Assembly (NCBI GenBank): GCA_021800275.1
Contig: JAJYZB010000004.1
Coordinates: 83,634 to 147,633 of the forward strand
Direction: 5' to 3'
DNA from: a bacterium
Lineage (GTDB): Bacteria; Vulcanimicrobiota; JABDET01
DNA: 64,000 nt
Under the pieces are notes generated by a model, which was not told the DNA's origin, searched no databases, and worked only from the letters and a program-made list of their open reading frames with translations. Below, one piece after another: positions 46,110 to 54,575 of the stretch. The position numbers were made by a program, and so were the translations under genes. Position 1 is the stretch's first letter. Every line of letters starts with the position of its first letter.

Positions 46110-48158
46110 ATGATTCAAAACACGGGTTATTCAATCCCTGTAAGCACGCCTCCTCCTCAAAATTTAAAATTTTGTCAGGGAAGCTCAAATACCCATGAAC
46201 CATTAATAACTTCAGGCGATTCAAACGCATCTATCTACCCGCTTAGAAAGGGCATTGTTAAGCCTGATCCAGCCCTTTTATCGAACCGAATGCAATCTTT
46301 AAAAAAAGCCTATTCGGGACACCTGCCTGAATCAGCAGCCGCTTATTTTTTATCCAGCAGCATTTCTACTGCAGACATGACTTCTGTTATAACAGCTCTA
46401 AATCAACTTAAGGATGGCAGCAGTCCTTTAATCAGCCAGGAAAATCAGACAGAAGTGTTGATCCGAGGAGAAGTCTGGAAGAAAAAGATGGCTCTTCTCA
46501 ATCATGCAATCTCACAGCTTGAGTTGAACGGAAAATCAGTCGAAATCAATCTAGAGTATTACGAATTTTCCAATCCTGAAATGATCCAAAAAGTTCGGCA
46601 TGCTCTTGCCCTTGGAGCCAAAGTGCGCATTTTGATGGATCCAGGAAAATTGGATGCCCAAAACGATTCACTGGATGCCTCTTCTTTAGCTGCCAGACTC
46701 CAAACTGTTTCTCTTCTGAAAGAAGGAATGGAAAACCAGGATCTAGCCATAGCTTTTTTCCCAAACCGAGAACAGTTAACAAAAGATGGGATCATGCATC
46801 GAAAAATCTTCAGAGTTGGAAATACTGTCATTCTTACAGGAATGAATGCTGGCTTTGGTTCTGGGGAAGATGTGGACTGCGGATTCGCTTTGCGCGGTGC
46901 AGGAGCTGACCGCTTGATTCAAATTTTCAAGGACGACATGAATCTGGCGCATCATAAAACCGAATCGGAAATTTATGGAAATCAAATTGAAACTCTAATC
47001 AATCATCCATCCATTGTTTTAAACCGTGAAGGAACCCTTCGATTTTTTCAAACCCTGTTAAAAATCCAAACGGCCTCGGAAAAAACATGGAAAGAACAAG
47101 CCCAGGAAGTCCTGAGTGAAGCTTCAAAACAAGGAATGAAAGTTCAGAAATTAATCCAACTTTCTCCCGAACAAATGCTGGCTTCTTCTCCTGAATCTTC
47201 CCCTGCGCTTTTAACGACTGAAGGGAAAGAACTGCTGGCAAAAAAAATGAGAACAGTAGAAATGCTTCTCGTGTCCGAGAAAAATCAGAACAAAATGTTA
47301 GATGCGAATCTTTCCGCAGAATCATCTGGAAATGAAGCTGTAATCACTGCGGCCACTCCGATTGAACGGCAGGCTCTTATATTATTTGGGATCGAATCAG
47401 CCGAACGATTTATTAAAATCCCTGCTTTTGTTTTGACGAAAGGGATTGCCAATGCCCTTATCGCTAAGAAAAACGAGATGGAAAAGCAAGGGAAAGAATT
47501 CTCCATTCAAGTTATCCTTGACCCTGGCCTTTACAATGAAACAGGAAAATATCCATTCAATCCCAATGAGCCTTCTTTTTTATTTCTTCAAGAGCACAAC
47601 ATTCCTGTTAAATGGGCGGCTCTTGAACGCAGCACCAATGATCATGACCGCAAACTCCATTCTAAAACCATTATAACAGATCAACTGGCGATTACTGGCA
47701 GCACGAATTTCTCAGATAAAGGATTGAGAAAAAACTGGGAAATCTCGGGAGCGCTTCTATTCAATTCGGAGAACAAAGGAAAAAGGGCTAAACTTGAAAA
47801 AGATTTTAGAACTCTTTATGAAAATGAGAGCCTTGCACCTGATATCAAAGCCATGGCTGAGAAGCGATTCATCAATCGCCAGGATGTCGGCAGCCCTGAA
47901 CAGATGCAGACTTATAATTTCATGACCACTCGACACTTTCTGAGAGATCTTGCTGAACTTGAAAAAGAAACAGGAAGTTGGATGGATGCTTATCAACAGG
48001 ATTCTTTTAACAAACATGAAATTGCAAAACTCATCAAGCAAGGAGAACACCCAGGAATCGCAGCATTTAAAGTTGTTGGAGATCAAACCATGAAACAAAT
48101 AAGGGATAAAACCCCTATCTGGAGAAAAATGCAGAGTTATTGGATTTTCAAGGATTGA
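46110..48158 (+). CDS. phospholipase D superfamily protein with two HKD-type motifs
   Basis: Motif 1 is HRKIFRVGNTVILTGMN (His codon 46797-46799; Asp position is Gly). Motif 2 is HSKTIITDQLAITGSTN (His codon 47658-47660; near canonical). 682 aa, with an N-terminus that looks disordered by eye and no signal peptide. No obvious SD. Confidence 0.7.
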   Translation: MIQNTGYSIPVSTPPPQNLKFCQGSSNTHEPLITSGDSNASIYPLRKGIVKPDPALLSNRMQSLKKAYSGHLPESAAAYFLSSSISTADMTSVITALNQLKDGSSPLISQENQTEVLIRGEVWKKKMALLNHAISQLELNGKSVEINLEYYEFSNPEMIQKVRHALALGAKVRILMDPGKLDAQNDSLDASSLAARLQTVSLLKEGMENQDLAIAFFPNREQLTKDGIMHRKIFRVGNTVILTGMNAGFGSGEDVDCGFALRGAGADRLIQIFKDDMNLAHHKTESEIYGNQIETLINHPSIVLNREGTLRFFQTLLKIQTASEKTWKEQAQEVLSEASKQGMKVQKLIQLSPEQMLASSPESSPALLTTEGKELLAKKMRTVEMLLVSEKNQNKMLDANLSAESSGNEAVITAATPIERQALILFGIESAERFIKIPAFVLTKGIANALIAKKNEMEKQGKEFSIQVILDPGLYNETGKYPFNPNEPSFLFLQEHNIPVKWAALERSTNDHDRKLHSKTIITDQLAITGSTNFSDKGLRKNWEISGALLFNSENKGKRAKLEKDFRTLYENESLAPDIKAMAEKRFINRQDVGSPEQMQTYNFMTTRHFLRDLAELEKETGSWMDAYQQDSFNKHEIAKLIKQGEHPGIAAFKVVGDQTMKQIRDKTPIWRKMQSYWIFKD

Positions 48159-48202
48159 CATTCTGTCAATCAGTCCAATGCAGAATAAGGAGTCAATTTG
48201 AA

Positions 48203-48982
48203 ATGAGTTCTTATGTTTTAACCGAAAAAATCGAGACAATCGGAAAACTAATTTTGAATCGCCCTGAAAAGCTAAATGCAGTCATCGGAGGAATGAGAGA
48301 AGAGATCTTAGATTCTCTTCAAAAAATTTCGCGAGATGATAAAATTCGAGTCGTTGTGATAACTGGAGCAGGAAGGGCATTCTGCGCAGGAGGGGATATC
48401 AGCTATTTACGAGAGCTGGTGGATTCCCAAAATGTAGAAGGATTAAAAGAGCTGCTTTTTTTGGGAAAAAATCTGGTCACTTTAATCCGTAAAATGCCTA
48501 AACCCGTCATCGCTGCTGTGAATGGACCAGCAGCAGGGGCAGGATTAAATCTGGCTCTGGCATGTGACTTAAGGATATCAAACGAAAAAGCGGTTTTCGG
48601 AGCCAGCTTCTCGAAGATTGGACTTCATCCGGATTGGGGAGGCTCCTGGTTTCTGCCAAGACTGGTAGGACCTTCTCGCGCCCTTGAGTTAATTCTGACT
48701 GGGGAGCCAATCAATGCCCAGGAAGCCTATCGAATTGGCCTGATTAATCATGTTTATCCTGAAGCAGATTTTAATGGTGAAATTGAAAAATTATGCGAAT
48801 TACTTTCTTCAAGACCTCCAAAAATCATGGCTGCAGCCAAATCACTACTCTGGGAGTCCTGTCACTGGGAACTTGAAAAAACATTAGACCAGGAAATAGA
48901 AAATCAGATTCAAGCCTTTCAAGCCAAAGATGCTAAAGAAGGAATTCATGCCTTCTTGGAAAAACGCGCCCCTCAATTTTAA
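48203..48982 (+). CDS. enoyl-CoA hydratase/isomerase family protein
   Basis: Crotonase motifs ITGAGRAFCAGGD, AAVNGPAAGAGLNLALACD, EAYRIGLIN. Start set at ATG 48203 after AAGGAG; the track start is 48140. Confidence 0.85.
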   Translation: MSSYVLTEKIETIGKLILNRPEKLNAVIGGMREEILDSLQKISRDDKIRVVVITGAGRAFCAGGDISYLRELVDSQNVEGLKELLFLGKNLVTLIRKMPKPVIAAVNGPAAGAGLNLALACDLRISNEKAVFGASFSKIGLHPDWGGSWFLPRLVGPSRALELILTGEPINAQEAYRIGLINHVYPEADFNGEIEKLCELLSSRPPKIMAAAKSLLWESCHWELEKTLDQEIENQIQAFQAKDAKEGIHAFLEKRAPQF

Positions 48983-49017
48983 AAGGGATTATCGGATTTT
49001 TCAGAAGCAGAACAGGA

Positions 49018-50220
49018 TTAGGAAGGGGGTTTGAGCTCACGTTCAATGAACTTTTCGTGAAGGACGCGAACCGATTTCTCCATATCAGCCTCTTTCACCA
49101 GACAGGCGATTGTAATATGTGAATCTGTTGAATGATACAATTTAATCCCTGCTTGATAAAGGGCATCTACCACACCAAACATGACTCCTGGTTTTCCTCG
49201 CATCCCCGCTCCCACAATAGAAACTTTCGCAAATCCGTTTTCTATGGCAAATTTCCACTGATTCTTTACAAGAAGGGTTTCAGCCCGTTTTGTTTTATCT
49301 TTTTCAATAATAAAATAAACCCCATCCTGATCCACGGTAATGAGATCAAGGCTGATGCCATTTTCAGCAAAATCCTGAAAAAGTTTATGTCGAGCATTCT
49401 CTAAATCCCCCTGAATCTTTACCTGAACATAACTCATCCCTGGAATATGGGCGATCCCAATAATAGAAGCGCCCAGTTTGGCAGATTCCGCTTTTATCTC
49501 TGTTCCAGGGTGGTCTGTGAAATGAGAAATAACCCGAATCGGAATCTCAGTTTCCATAGCGAAACTGACAGCTTTAGGATGCAGAACTTTTGCCCCTTGA
49601 TAAGCCATTTCTCCAACTTCTTGATAGCTCATTTCAGACAAGATCTGTGGATTTGAAACCACTCTGGGATCAGCAGAAAAAACTCCATCCACATCTTTAT
49701 AAATCTCAATTCTTTCCGCTTTTAATGCAGAACCAAGGGCACAGGCTGTAATATCACTCCCCCCTCTTCCCAAAGTCGTCATTCTCCCCTTCTGAGAGAT
49801 TCCTTGAAACCCGGGAACTACAGCCACTTTTCCTTCCTCTAAAACCTTAAAAATCTGGGTTGTATTTACTTCCAGAACCTCGGCATTCCCATACTGCTCA
49901 TCAGTTACAACTCCAATCTTCTCAAAAGGGAAAATTTCATAAGAAATTTCAAACTCCTCAAAAAGTTCCCCCATCAAAGCACAAGAAATAATCTCTCCGC
50001 AGGAAGAAAGCAGATCTTTCAATACAGGTGAAGAATCTCTGCTGAGTAAACCCAAAAGGGTGTCTGTTGCATAAGGGTCTGGAGATCGTCCAACCGCTGA
50101 AAAAACTGCCGCAATCTGAAAACCAGAAGCTCTGCCAGCTTGAATTTTTTTGATCGCTTGTTTTCTGGCTTCTAAAGAAGCTAAAGAAGTTCCGCCAAAC
50201 TTTTGGACTAAAATCCTCAC
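49018..50220 (-). CDS. lysC: aspartate kinase
   Basis: VQKFGGTSL, TLGRGGSD, two C-terminal ACT-like repeats; 400 aa. 4-nt overlap with asd. Confidence 0.9.
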   Translation of the reverse strand: MRILVQKFGGTSLASLEARKQAIKKIQAGRASGFQIAAVFSAVGRSPDPYATDTLLGLLSRDSSPVLKDLLSSCGEIISCALMGELFEEFEISYEIFPFEKIGVVTDEQYGNAEVLEVNTTQIFKVLEEGKVAVVPGFQGISQKGRMTTLGRGGSDITACALGSALKAERIEIYKDVDGVFSADPRVVSNPQILSEMSYQEVGEMAYQGAKVLHPKAVSFAMETEIPIRVISHFTDHPGTEIKAESAKLGASIIGIAHIPGMSYVQVKIQGDLENARHKLFQDFAENGISLDLITVDQDGVYFIIEKDKTKRAETLLVKNQWKFAIENGFAKVSIVGAGMRGKPGVMFGVVDALYQAGIKLYHSTDSHITIACLVKEADMEKSVRVLHEKFIERELKPPS

Positions 50221-51239
50221 AGCAGATTCAGCTCAATCATTTTCTCCGCGATTTGAACTGCATTGGTGGCTGCTCCTTTTCTCAAATTGTCTGAAACCAC
50301 CCAAAAAAACAACCCATGAGAATGATCTAAATCTTCTCTCACATGGCCCACATAAACCCAGTCATTCCCTTCAGCATCCAGTTGGGTTGGGTATTTTCTA
50401 TTCTCTGGGTCCTCCATGAGCTTAATCCCTGGGAAATTCTCCCACAAATTTAATGCTTCATTTCGCATTAATTTCTTTCTGGTTAATAAATAAACTGATT
50501 CACCATGCCCTCTATACACGGGTACTCGAACTGCTGTCACACTAACTTTCAATTCATTGTCAGATAAAATCTTTTTTGTTTCTCGAACCATTTTTAATTC
50601 TTCTTCTGTATAAAAAGTCTCAAAATCAAGACTCCATGCCTGGGGCAGACAATTGAAGGCTATTTGCTGCGGATAAATTTTAGGAGTCACAGGGGCGCCT
50701 GATAGAGCTTGGCGAGTCTCTTCTTTTAAAGCTTCAACTGCATCCTTACCGGTGCCTGAAACGGATTGATAGGTGCTGACGATCAAATGCTCTATTCCCA
50801 CCTGGTCATAAATTGGCTTCATGGCGAGCACCATCTGAATTGTAGAACAATTAGGATTCGCAATAATTCCTTTATGCTTTTTTAAAGCATCCGGGTTGAC
50901 TTCAGGGATCACAAGAGGAACCTCTGGCTCCATTCTAAAAGTGCTGGAATTGTCAATCACCAAGACTCCCTGTTTAGCTAAATCTTTTGCCAGAAGCTGG
51001 CTGGATTTATCCCCTCCTGCAAAAAGCGCAATATCAATTCCTTTAAAAGCGGCCAACTCTGTTTCTTCAACAGTTAACTGAGTCCCATGACAAGAAACAT
51101 GTCCTCCCTTGGATCGAGCCGTAGCCAATGGAAGCACTCGGTTAAGAGGAAAGTTTCTCTCAGTCAAAACGCGCAGCATCTCTTGCCCAACAAGCCCTGT
51201 TGCCCCAACTACAGCAAGATTTAAAGTTTTAGTTTTCAT
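50217..51239 (-). CDS. asd: aspartate-semialdehyde dehydrogenase
   Basis: VVGATGLVGQ, active-site ANPNCSTI, VPVYRGHGESV; 340 aa. Confidence 0.95.
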   Translation of the reverse strand: MKTKTLNLAVVGATGLVGQEMLRVLTERNFPLNRVLPLATARSKGGHVSCHGTQLTVEETELAAFKGIDIALFAGGDKSSQLLAKDLAKQGVLVIDNSSTFRMEPEVPLVIPEVNPDALKKHKGIIANPNCSTIQMVLAMKPIYDQVGIEHLIVSTYQSVSGTGKDAVEALKEETRQALSGAPVTPKIYPQQIAFNCLPQAWSLDFETFYTEEELKMVRETKKILSDNELKVSVTAVRVPVYRGHGESVYLLTRKKLMRNEALNLWENFPGIKLMEDPENRKYPTQLDAEGNDWVYVGHVREDLDHSHGLFFWVVSDNLRKGAATNAVQIAEKMIELNLL

Positions 51240-51344
51240 GGCTTAAGCACCTCTGCTGAAATGGAATAACATCCTGTGATTTTTTATTAGTCCTGCAAGT
51301 AAGAGGTTGAGTTCCCTACAGCTGCAAAGAAAAATCACTGAGTC

Positions 51345-52697
51345 TCAAGAAGTATAAGAAGATTCTCTTCCACCGCCGCCGCTCAACATTTCGGGAGAAA
51401 TAAATTTTAAAAACTCTTTGTTAGTCTTTATTTTGTTTAATCGATCGATCAAAACTTCGGTTGCGTCTGTCGTATCCCCTGGAATCAGGTCAAGGGCTCT
51501 TCGGAGAAGCCAAATCTTTTTTAAATCTTCTTCATTGTACAATAACTCTTCATGTCTTGTTCCTGATCGTTTAATATCAATCGCGGGGAAAATTCTCCTT
51601 TCTTGAAGTTTTCGGTGCAGATTCATCTCCATGTTTCCAGTCCCTTTAAACTCTTCAAAAATCACGTCATCCATTTTGCTGCCAGTCTCCACGAGAGAGG
51701 TCGCTATAATGGTCAAACTTCCTCCACCTTCGATATTTCTGGCTGCTCCAAAAAAGCGTTTCGGTTTATACATCGCCTGTGTATCCAACCCTCCTGATAA
51801 AGTTCTACCGCTTTGGGGAACCAGCAGATTGTAAGCTCGAGCCATTCGGGTTAAGCTGTCTAACAAAATAACCACATCTCTCCCGAGTTCGACCAGTCTT
51901 TTCGCTTTTTCAAGGGTCAATTCAGAAACTCGAGCATGATCTTCAGGGGGTTCATCAAAAGTGGAGCTCACCACTTCTCCTTGAATGGAACGCTGCATAT
52001 CAGTCACTTCTTCAGGTCTTTCATCAATCAATAAAGCTATCAAATATGCCTCAGGATAGTTAGTCGAGATTCCCTGGGCTATTTTCTTCAGCAAAATTGT
52101 TTTCCCCGCTTTTGGAGGAGCGACAATTAAAGCTCTCTGTCCTTTTCCAACAGGGCAAATTAAATCAATAATTCGTGCAGAAACATCTCCTGATGACGTC
52201 TCAAGGCTGTATCTTTGATTTGGGAAAATCGGGGTCAAACTATCAAAAGTAGGGCGATTTCTCAAATCTTCAGGGTTAATGTTATTGGTTGCATCAACTT
52301 TCAGCAGACTGTAATACTTCTCACCATTTTTAGGAGGGCGAACCTGTCCCATGACAAAGTCTCCCATCCTTAAGTCGAGTCTTCTAATTTGAGAGGTTGA
52401 AACATAAATATCATTAGGAGTAGGTAGATAAGAAGAACCTCTCAAAAATCCATATCCTTCAGGCAAAATCTCTAAAACCCCTGAAGCAAAACTCAATCCT
52501 TGTTTTTCAGCATTAACTTTTAATATTTTAAACACAACTTCTTGTTTTTTTAAACTTTGATATCCAGTCACTCCTATTTCTTTCGCCAAATCAAACAGAT
52601 CGGTCTTGGTCATTTTTTCCAGAACCCCAATATTGATCTGTAAAGCCTGAGAAGGTTGAGCTGCTGCGGTGGTTTCAGTGGTTTCAGTTGTTTCCAT
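51345..52697 (-). CDS. rho: transcription termination factor Rho
   Basis: Rho N-terminal and CSD-like RNA-binding region ([14 protein letters not shown]), Walker [27 protein letters not shown]; 450 aa. Confidence 0.95.
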   Translation of the reverse strand: METTETTETTAAAQPSQALQINIGVLEKMTKTDLFDLAKEIGVTGYQSLKKQEVVFKILKVNAEKQGLSFASGVLEILPEGYGFLRGSSYLPTPNDIYVSTSQIRRLDLRMGDFVMGQVRPPKNGEKYYSLLKVDATNNINPEDLRNRPTFDSLTPIFPNQRYSLETSSGDVSARIIDLICPVGKGQRALIVAPPKAGKTILLKKIAQGISTNYPEAYLIALLIDERPEEVTDMQRSIQGEVVSSTFDEPPEDHARVSELTLEKAKRLVELGRDVVILLDSLTRMARAYNLLVPQSGRTLSGGLDTQAMYKPKRFFGAARNIEGGGSLTIIATSLVETGSKMDDVIFEEFKGTGNMEMNLHRKLQERRIFPAIDIKRSGTRHEELLYNEEDLKKIWLLRRALDLIPGDTTDATEVLIDRLNKIKTNKEFLKFISPEMLSGGGGRESSYTS

Positions 52698-53310
52698 GAT
52701 TTCCTCCTTGATTCTGGTCTTCCAAAAAATGTTTCAACGATGCAATTTGCCCACTGGAAAGATTGTGGACGCTAATTTCATATCCACTCTCATATCTCGT
52801 CCTTTCACTCGGGACAACTTTCCAATTATATCCATGTTTCTTTAACTTTTCTACTATCATTTCTGCTCCTTGTTTTGTTTGACAAATAGGGCCGACTTGA
52901 ACCTGTATCCTCCCTCCTGGCGCCTGACTGGTATGGACCGCAAGATGAGATGAACTCGCAACAATTTGTGCCACCTGTTTAGCCACTGCTGCCGCTATGT
53001 CTCGAGCAGCAATAAACCCTTTCCCAATTTTAACTCGTATTTGAGTTTTTTGAACGGTTGCGTGGTATCCCCTTTTTTTTAATTCAAGCATAATCTTATT
53101 AACTCCTGCTTTTCGTTTAACAGCAAAACTAAAAGTCCTACTCTTTTCTTTCGGGACAGCGCTGCTGCGAACGCTGGATAGGTGCTGATGTGGTGAATGA
53201 TTAAGAATAAATGCTGTTAAAAAACAAATAATGCTCACCCCTCCGAACAAAAAAAACAACATGCGCGGGGGAGCCGGCAGAGAAGTTTGAGCAGATTTCG
53301 AAGAATTCAT
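52684..53310 (-). CDS. membrane-anchored hypothetical protein with two SPOR-like beta-alpha-beta repeats
   Basis: One TM helix (MLFFLFGGVSIICFLTAFIL). Two repeats of the type LKKRGYHATVQK / LKKHGYNWKVVP. The SPOR call is tentative. The 3' end overlaps the rho start. Confidence 0.4.
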   Translation of the reverse strand: MNSSKSAQTSLPAPPRMLFFLFGGVSIICFLTAFILNHSPHQHLSSVRSSAVPKEKSRTFSFAVKRKAGVNKIMLELKKRGYHATVQKTQIRVKIGKGFIAARDIAAAVAKQVAQIVASSSHLAVHTSQAPGGRIQVQVGPICQTKQGAEMIVEKLKKHGYNWKVVPSERTRYESGYEISVHNLSSGQIASLKHFLEDQNQGGNHGNN

Positions 53311-53404
53311 ACGAAAAGAAGTAATTGAGAATCCCTGTCTATATAGGTTATAGGTTCCTTACATCCTAGAGAAAATCCTTCTATTTTAATACAACTCCCT
53401 GTTT

Positions 53405-53719
53405 TTAAAATTTTTGAACTGCTGCAGGAAGCCAACTGGGAATTTTCACCACTACTTTCCCTAGTATTTTGCTCTGACAAGCCAATCGACAGTTTTGTTG
53501 AATTCGATCTTCCCCTAGAAGTTCAAGCTCTCTACGAGAAATTGGGGATAAATTTTCCTTTCCTTCAAGAACAATGACACGACAGGTACCACAGGTAGCA
53601 TTTCCCCCGCAAACATGGCGGTGAGTTAACCCTATTCCCAAAGATGCGTCTAAAATCGTGGTCCCTATAGGAATACTTGTTTTTTTATTCTTCGGCAGAA
53701 AAGTAATCTCTGATTCCAT
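53405..53719 (-). CDS. 2Fe-2S ferredoxin
   Basis: Cys pattern C-x5-C-x2-C ... C (CGGNATCGTCRV ... LACQS); 104 aa. Confidence 0.8.
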   Translation of the reverse strand: MESEITFLPKNKKTSIPIGTTILDASLGIGLTHRHVCGGNATCGTCRVIVLEGKENLSPISRRELELLGEDRIQQNCRLACQSKILGKVVVKIPSWLPAAVQKF

Positions 53720-53763
53720 AACTTACATCATAACTATATTAGTAATTTCTTAAAATAATCCTC

Positions 53764-53792
53764 TTGCTTTTTCTTTTCTTTAAGGGTATAAT
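53764..53792 (+). promoter_or_regulatory. candidate sigma-70 promoter of ssrA
   Basis: TTGCTT (53764-53769) - N17 - consensus TATAAT (53787-53792), 8 nt before the first G of the tmRNA. Confidence 0.5.
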
Positions 53793-53800
53793 AAAACCAT

Positions 53801-54210
53801 GGGGGCGCCCGGTTTCGACGGGAGCGCTTCAAGAAAGAAGAGCAGGTCGAGGTTCCGCTGGCCTCGTAAAAAAGCGGAAAAAACGCAAGTGCGTATAGCA
53901 ATCTTGCAAGCCACTCAGCAGAAGAAGTTATTGCGAGAGCAGAATCTCTTCTGAACCCAGTGGCAGTTGCTGCCTAATTTAAGGTAGCCGTCTCGGGCGG
54001 CTTCTGTCTGTAGGGCCATCTAGAGGCGCAACTAATGCAGACTTTCTCTGATTGTTCGCCTCTACAGTCAAGAGGAGAAAAGAAAAGGCTAGGCTGACCA
54101 GATCCAGCTTTAGGGGAGCTGAGCAGCTGAACTAAAAACCAGAGCTAAACCTGTAGCGCTTTTTTCTTAAACCTCTTCGGACGCGGGTTCGATTCCCGCC
54201 GCCTCCACCA
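53801..54210 (+). ncRNA. ssrA: tmRNA (one-piece)
   Basis: 5' GGGGGCG pairs with 3' CGCCTCC-ACCA, including a G3:U70 pair. 5' GGTTTCGACGGG box. PK1-like GGCCTCGTAAAAAAGCGG as in E. coli. 3' T arm GCGGG-TTCGATT-CCCGC. An internal reading frame ends GCA GTT GCT GCC TAA. Confidence 0.9.
53885..53977 (+). other. predicted tmRNA tag reading frame (ASAYSNLASHSAEEVIARAESLLNPVAVAA-stop)
   Basis: The resume codon GCA at 53885 is inferred by analogy with E. coli (PK1, then an A-rich spacer, then GCA). In-frame TAA at 53975-53977. The resume position is the uncertain part. Confidence 0.45.
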
Positions 54211-54506
54211 CTTTCTTCTAACTTCTTTCCCTCGCAGCCTGCAATTTCTTCACCCGCGGGAATCGAACGGGAAACTTCCGCGTCCTGTGGACGATAGTGC
54301 AGCAGAACTGCGAAACGGCAGGAAGTTTCACAGGGTCGAAGGGAGCGACCACGGATGGAAGCGACCAAAGACCGATTCCCGCCGCCTCCACCACTTTCTT
54401 CTAACTTCTTTCCCTCGCAGCCTGCAATTTCTTCACCCGCGGGAATCGAACGGGAAACTTCCGCGTCCTGTGGACGATAGTGCAGCAGGACTGCGAAACG
54501 GCAGGA
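54190..54506 (+). repeat. direct repeat: 134-bp block present twice with 183-bp period, starting inside the ssrA 3' end
   Basis: 54190-54323 and 54373-54506 are identical except for one position (A 54306 versus G 54489). Each copy starts with CGATTCCCGCCGCCTCCACCA, the last 21 nt of the tmRNA. They are separated by a unique 49-nt spacer. Confidence 0.9.
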
Positions 54507-54575
54507 TCCAATGCTAAAAATATCTGAGCTGGAGATATCCTGACCCAGACTATCAGAAGCAGGAGGTGGAAAGAA

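Noticed and set aside
52650-52697. TETTETT repeat at the Rho N-terminus as a meaningful tandem repeat
   Set aside because: It is a short acidic/Thr-rich N-terminal extension. Rho N-termini vary between taxa, and there is no evidence of function or instability.
54211-54373. A complete minus-strand tRNA gene inside the repeat unit
   Set aside because: The T-arm-like segment is interrupted by 9 nt. I could not find matching acceptor, D or anticodon stems around it.
54190-54506. CRISPR array
   Set aside because: There are only two copies of a 134-bp unit with a 49-nt spacer. The repeat length and copy number are wrong for CRISPR, and there are no cas genes.
54132-54517. Track ORFs 54132..54368 (-) and 54287..54517 (+) over the tmRNA 3' end and the repeat
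   Set aside because: They lie antisense to, or inside, a well-supported ncRNA and its duplicated tail. Their Arg/Gly-rich translations look like GC-rich non-coding sequence, and part of each ORF simply repeats because the DNA repeats.
53801-54575. Intact genomic island or prophage integrated at ssrA
   Set aside because: Only 365 bp separate the tmRNA from a housekeeping thiolase gene. There is no integrase, excisionase or cargo gene. At most this is a scar or tandem duplication, reported as such.
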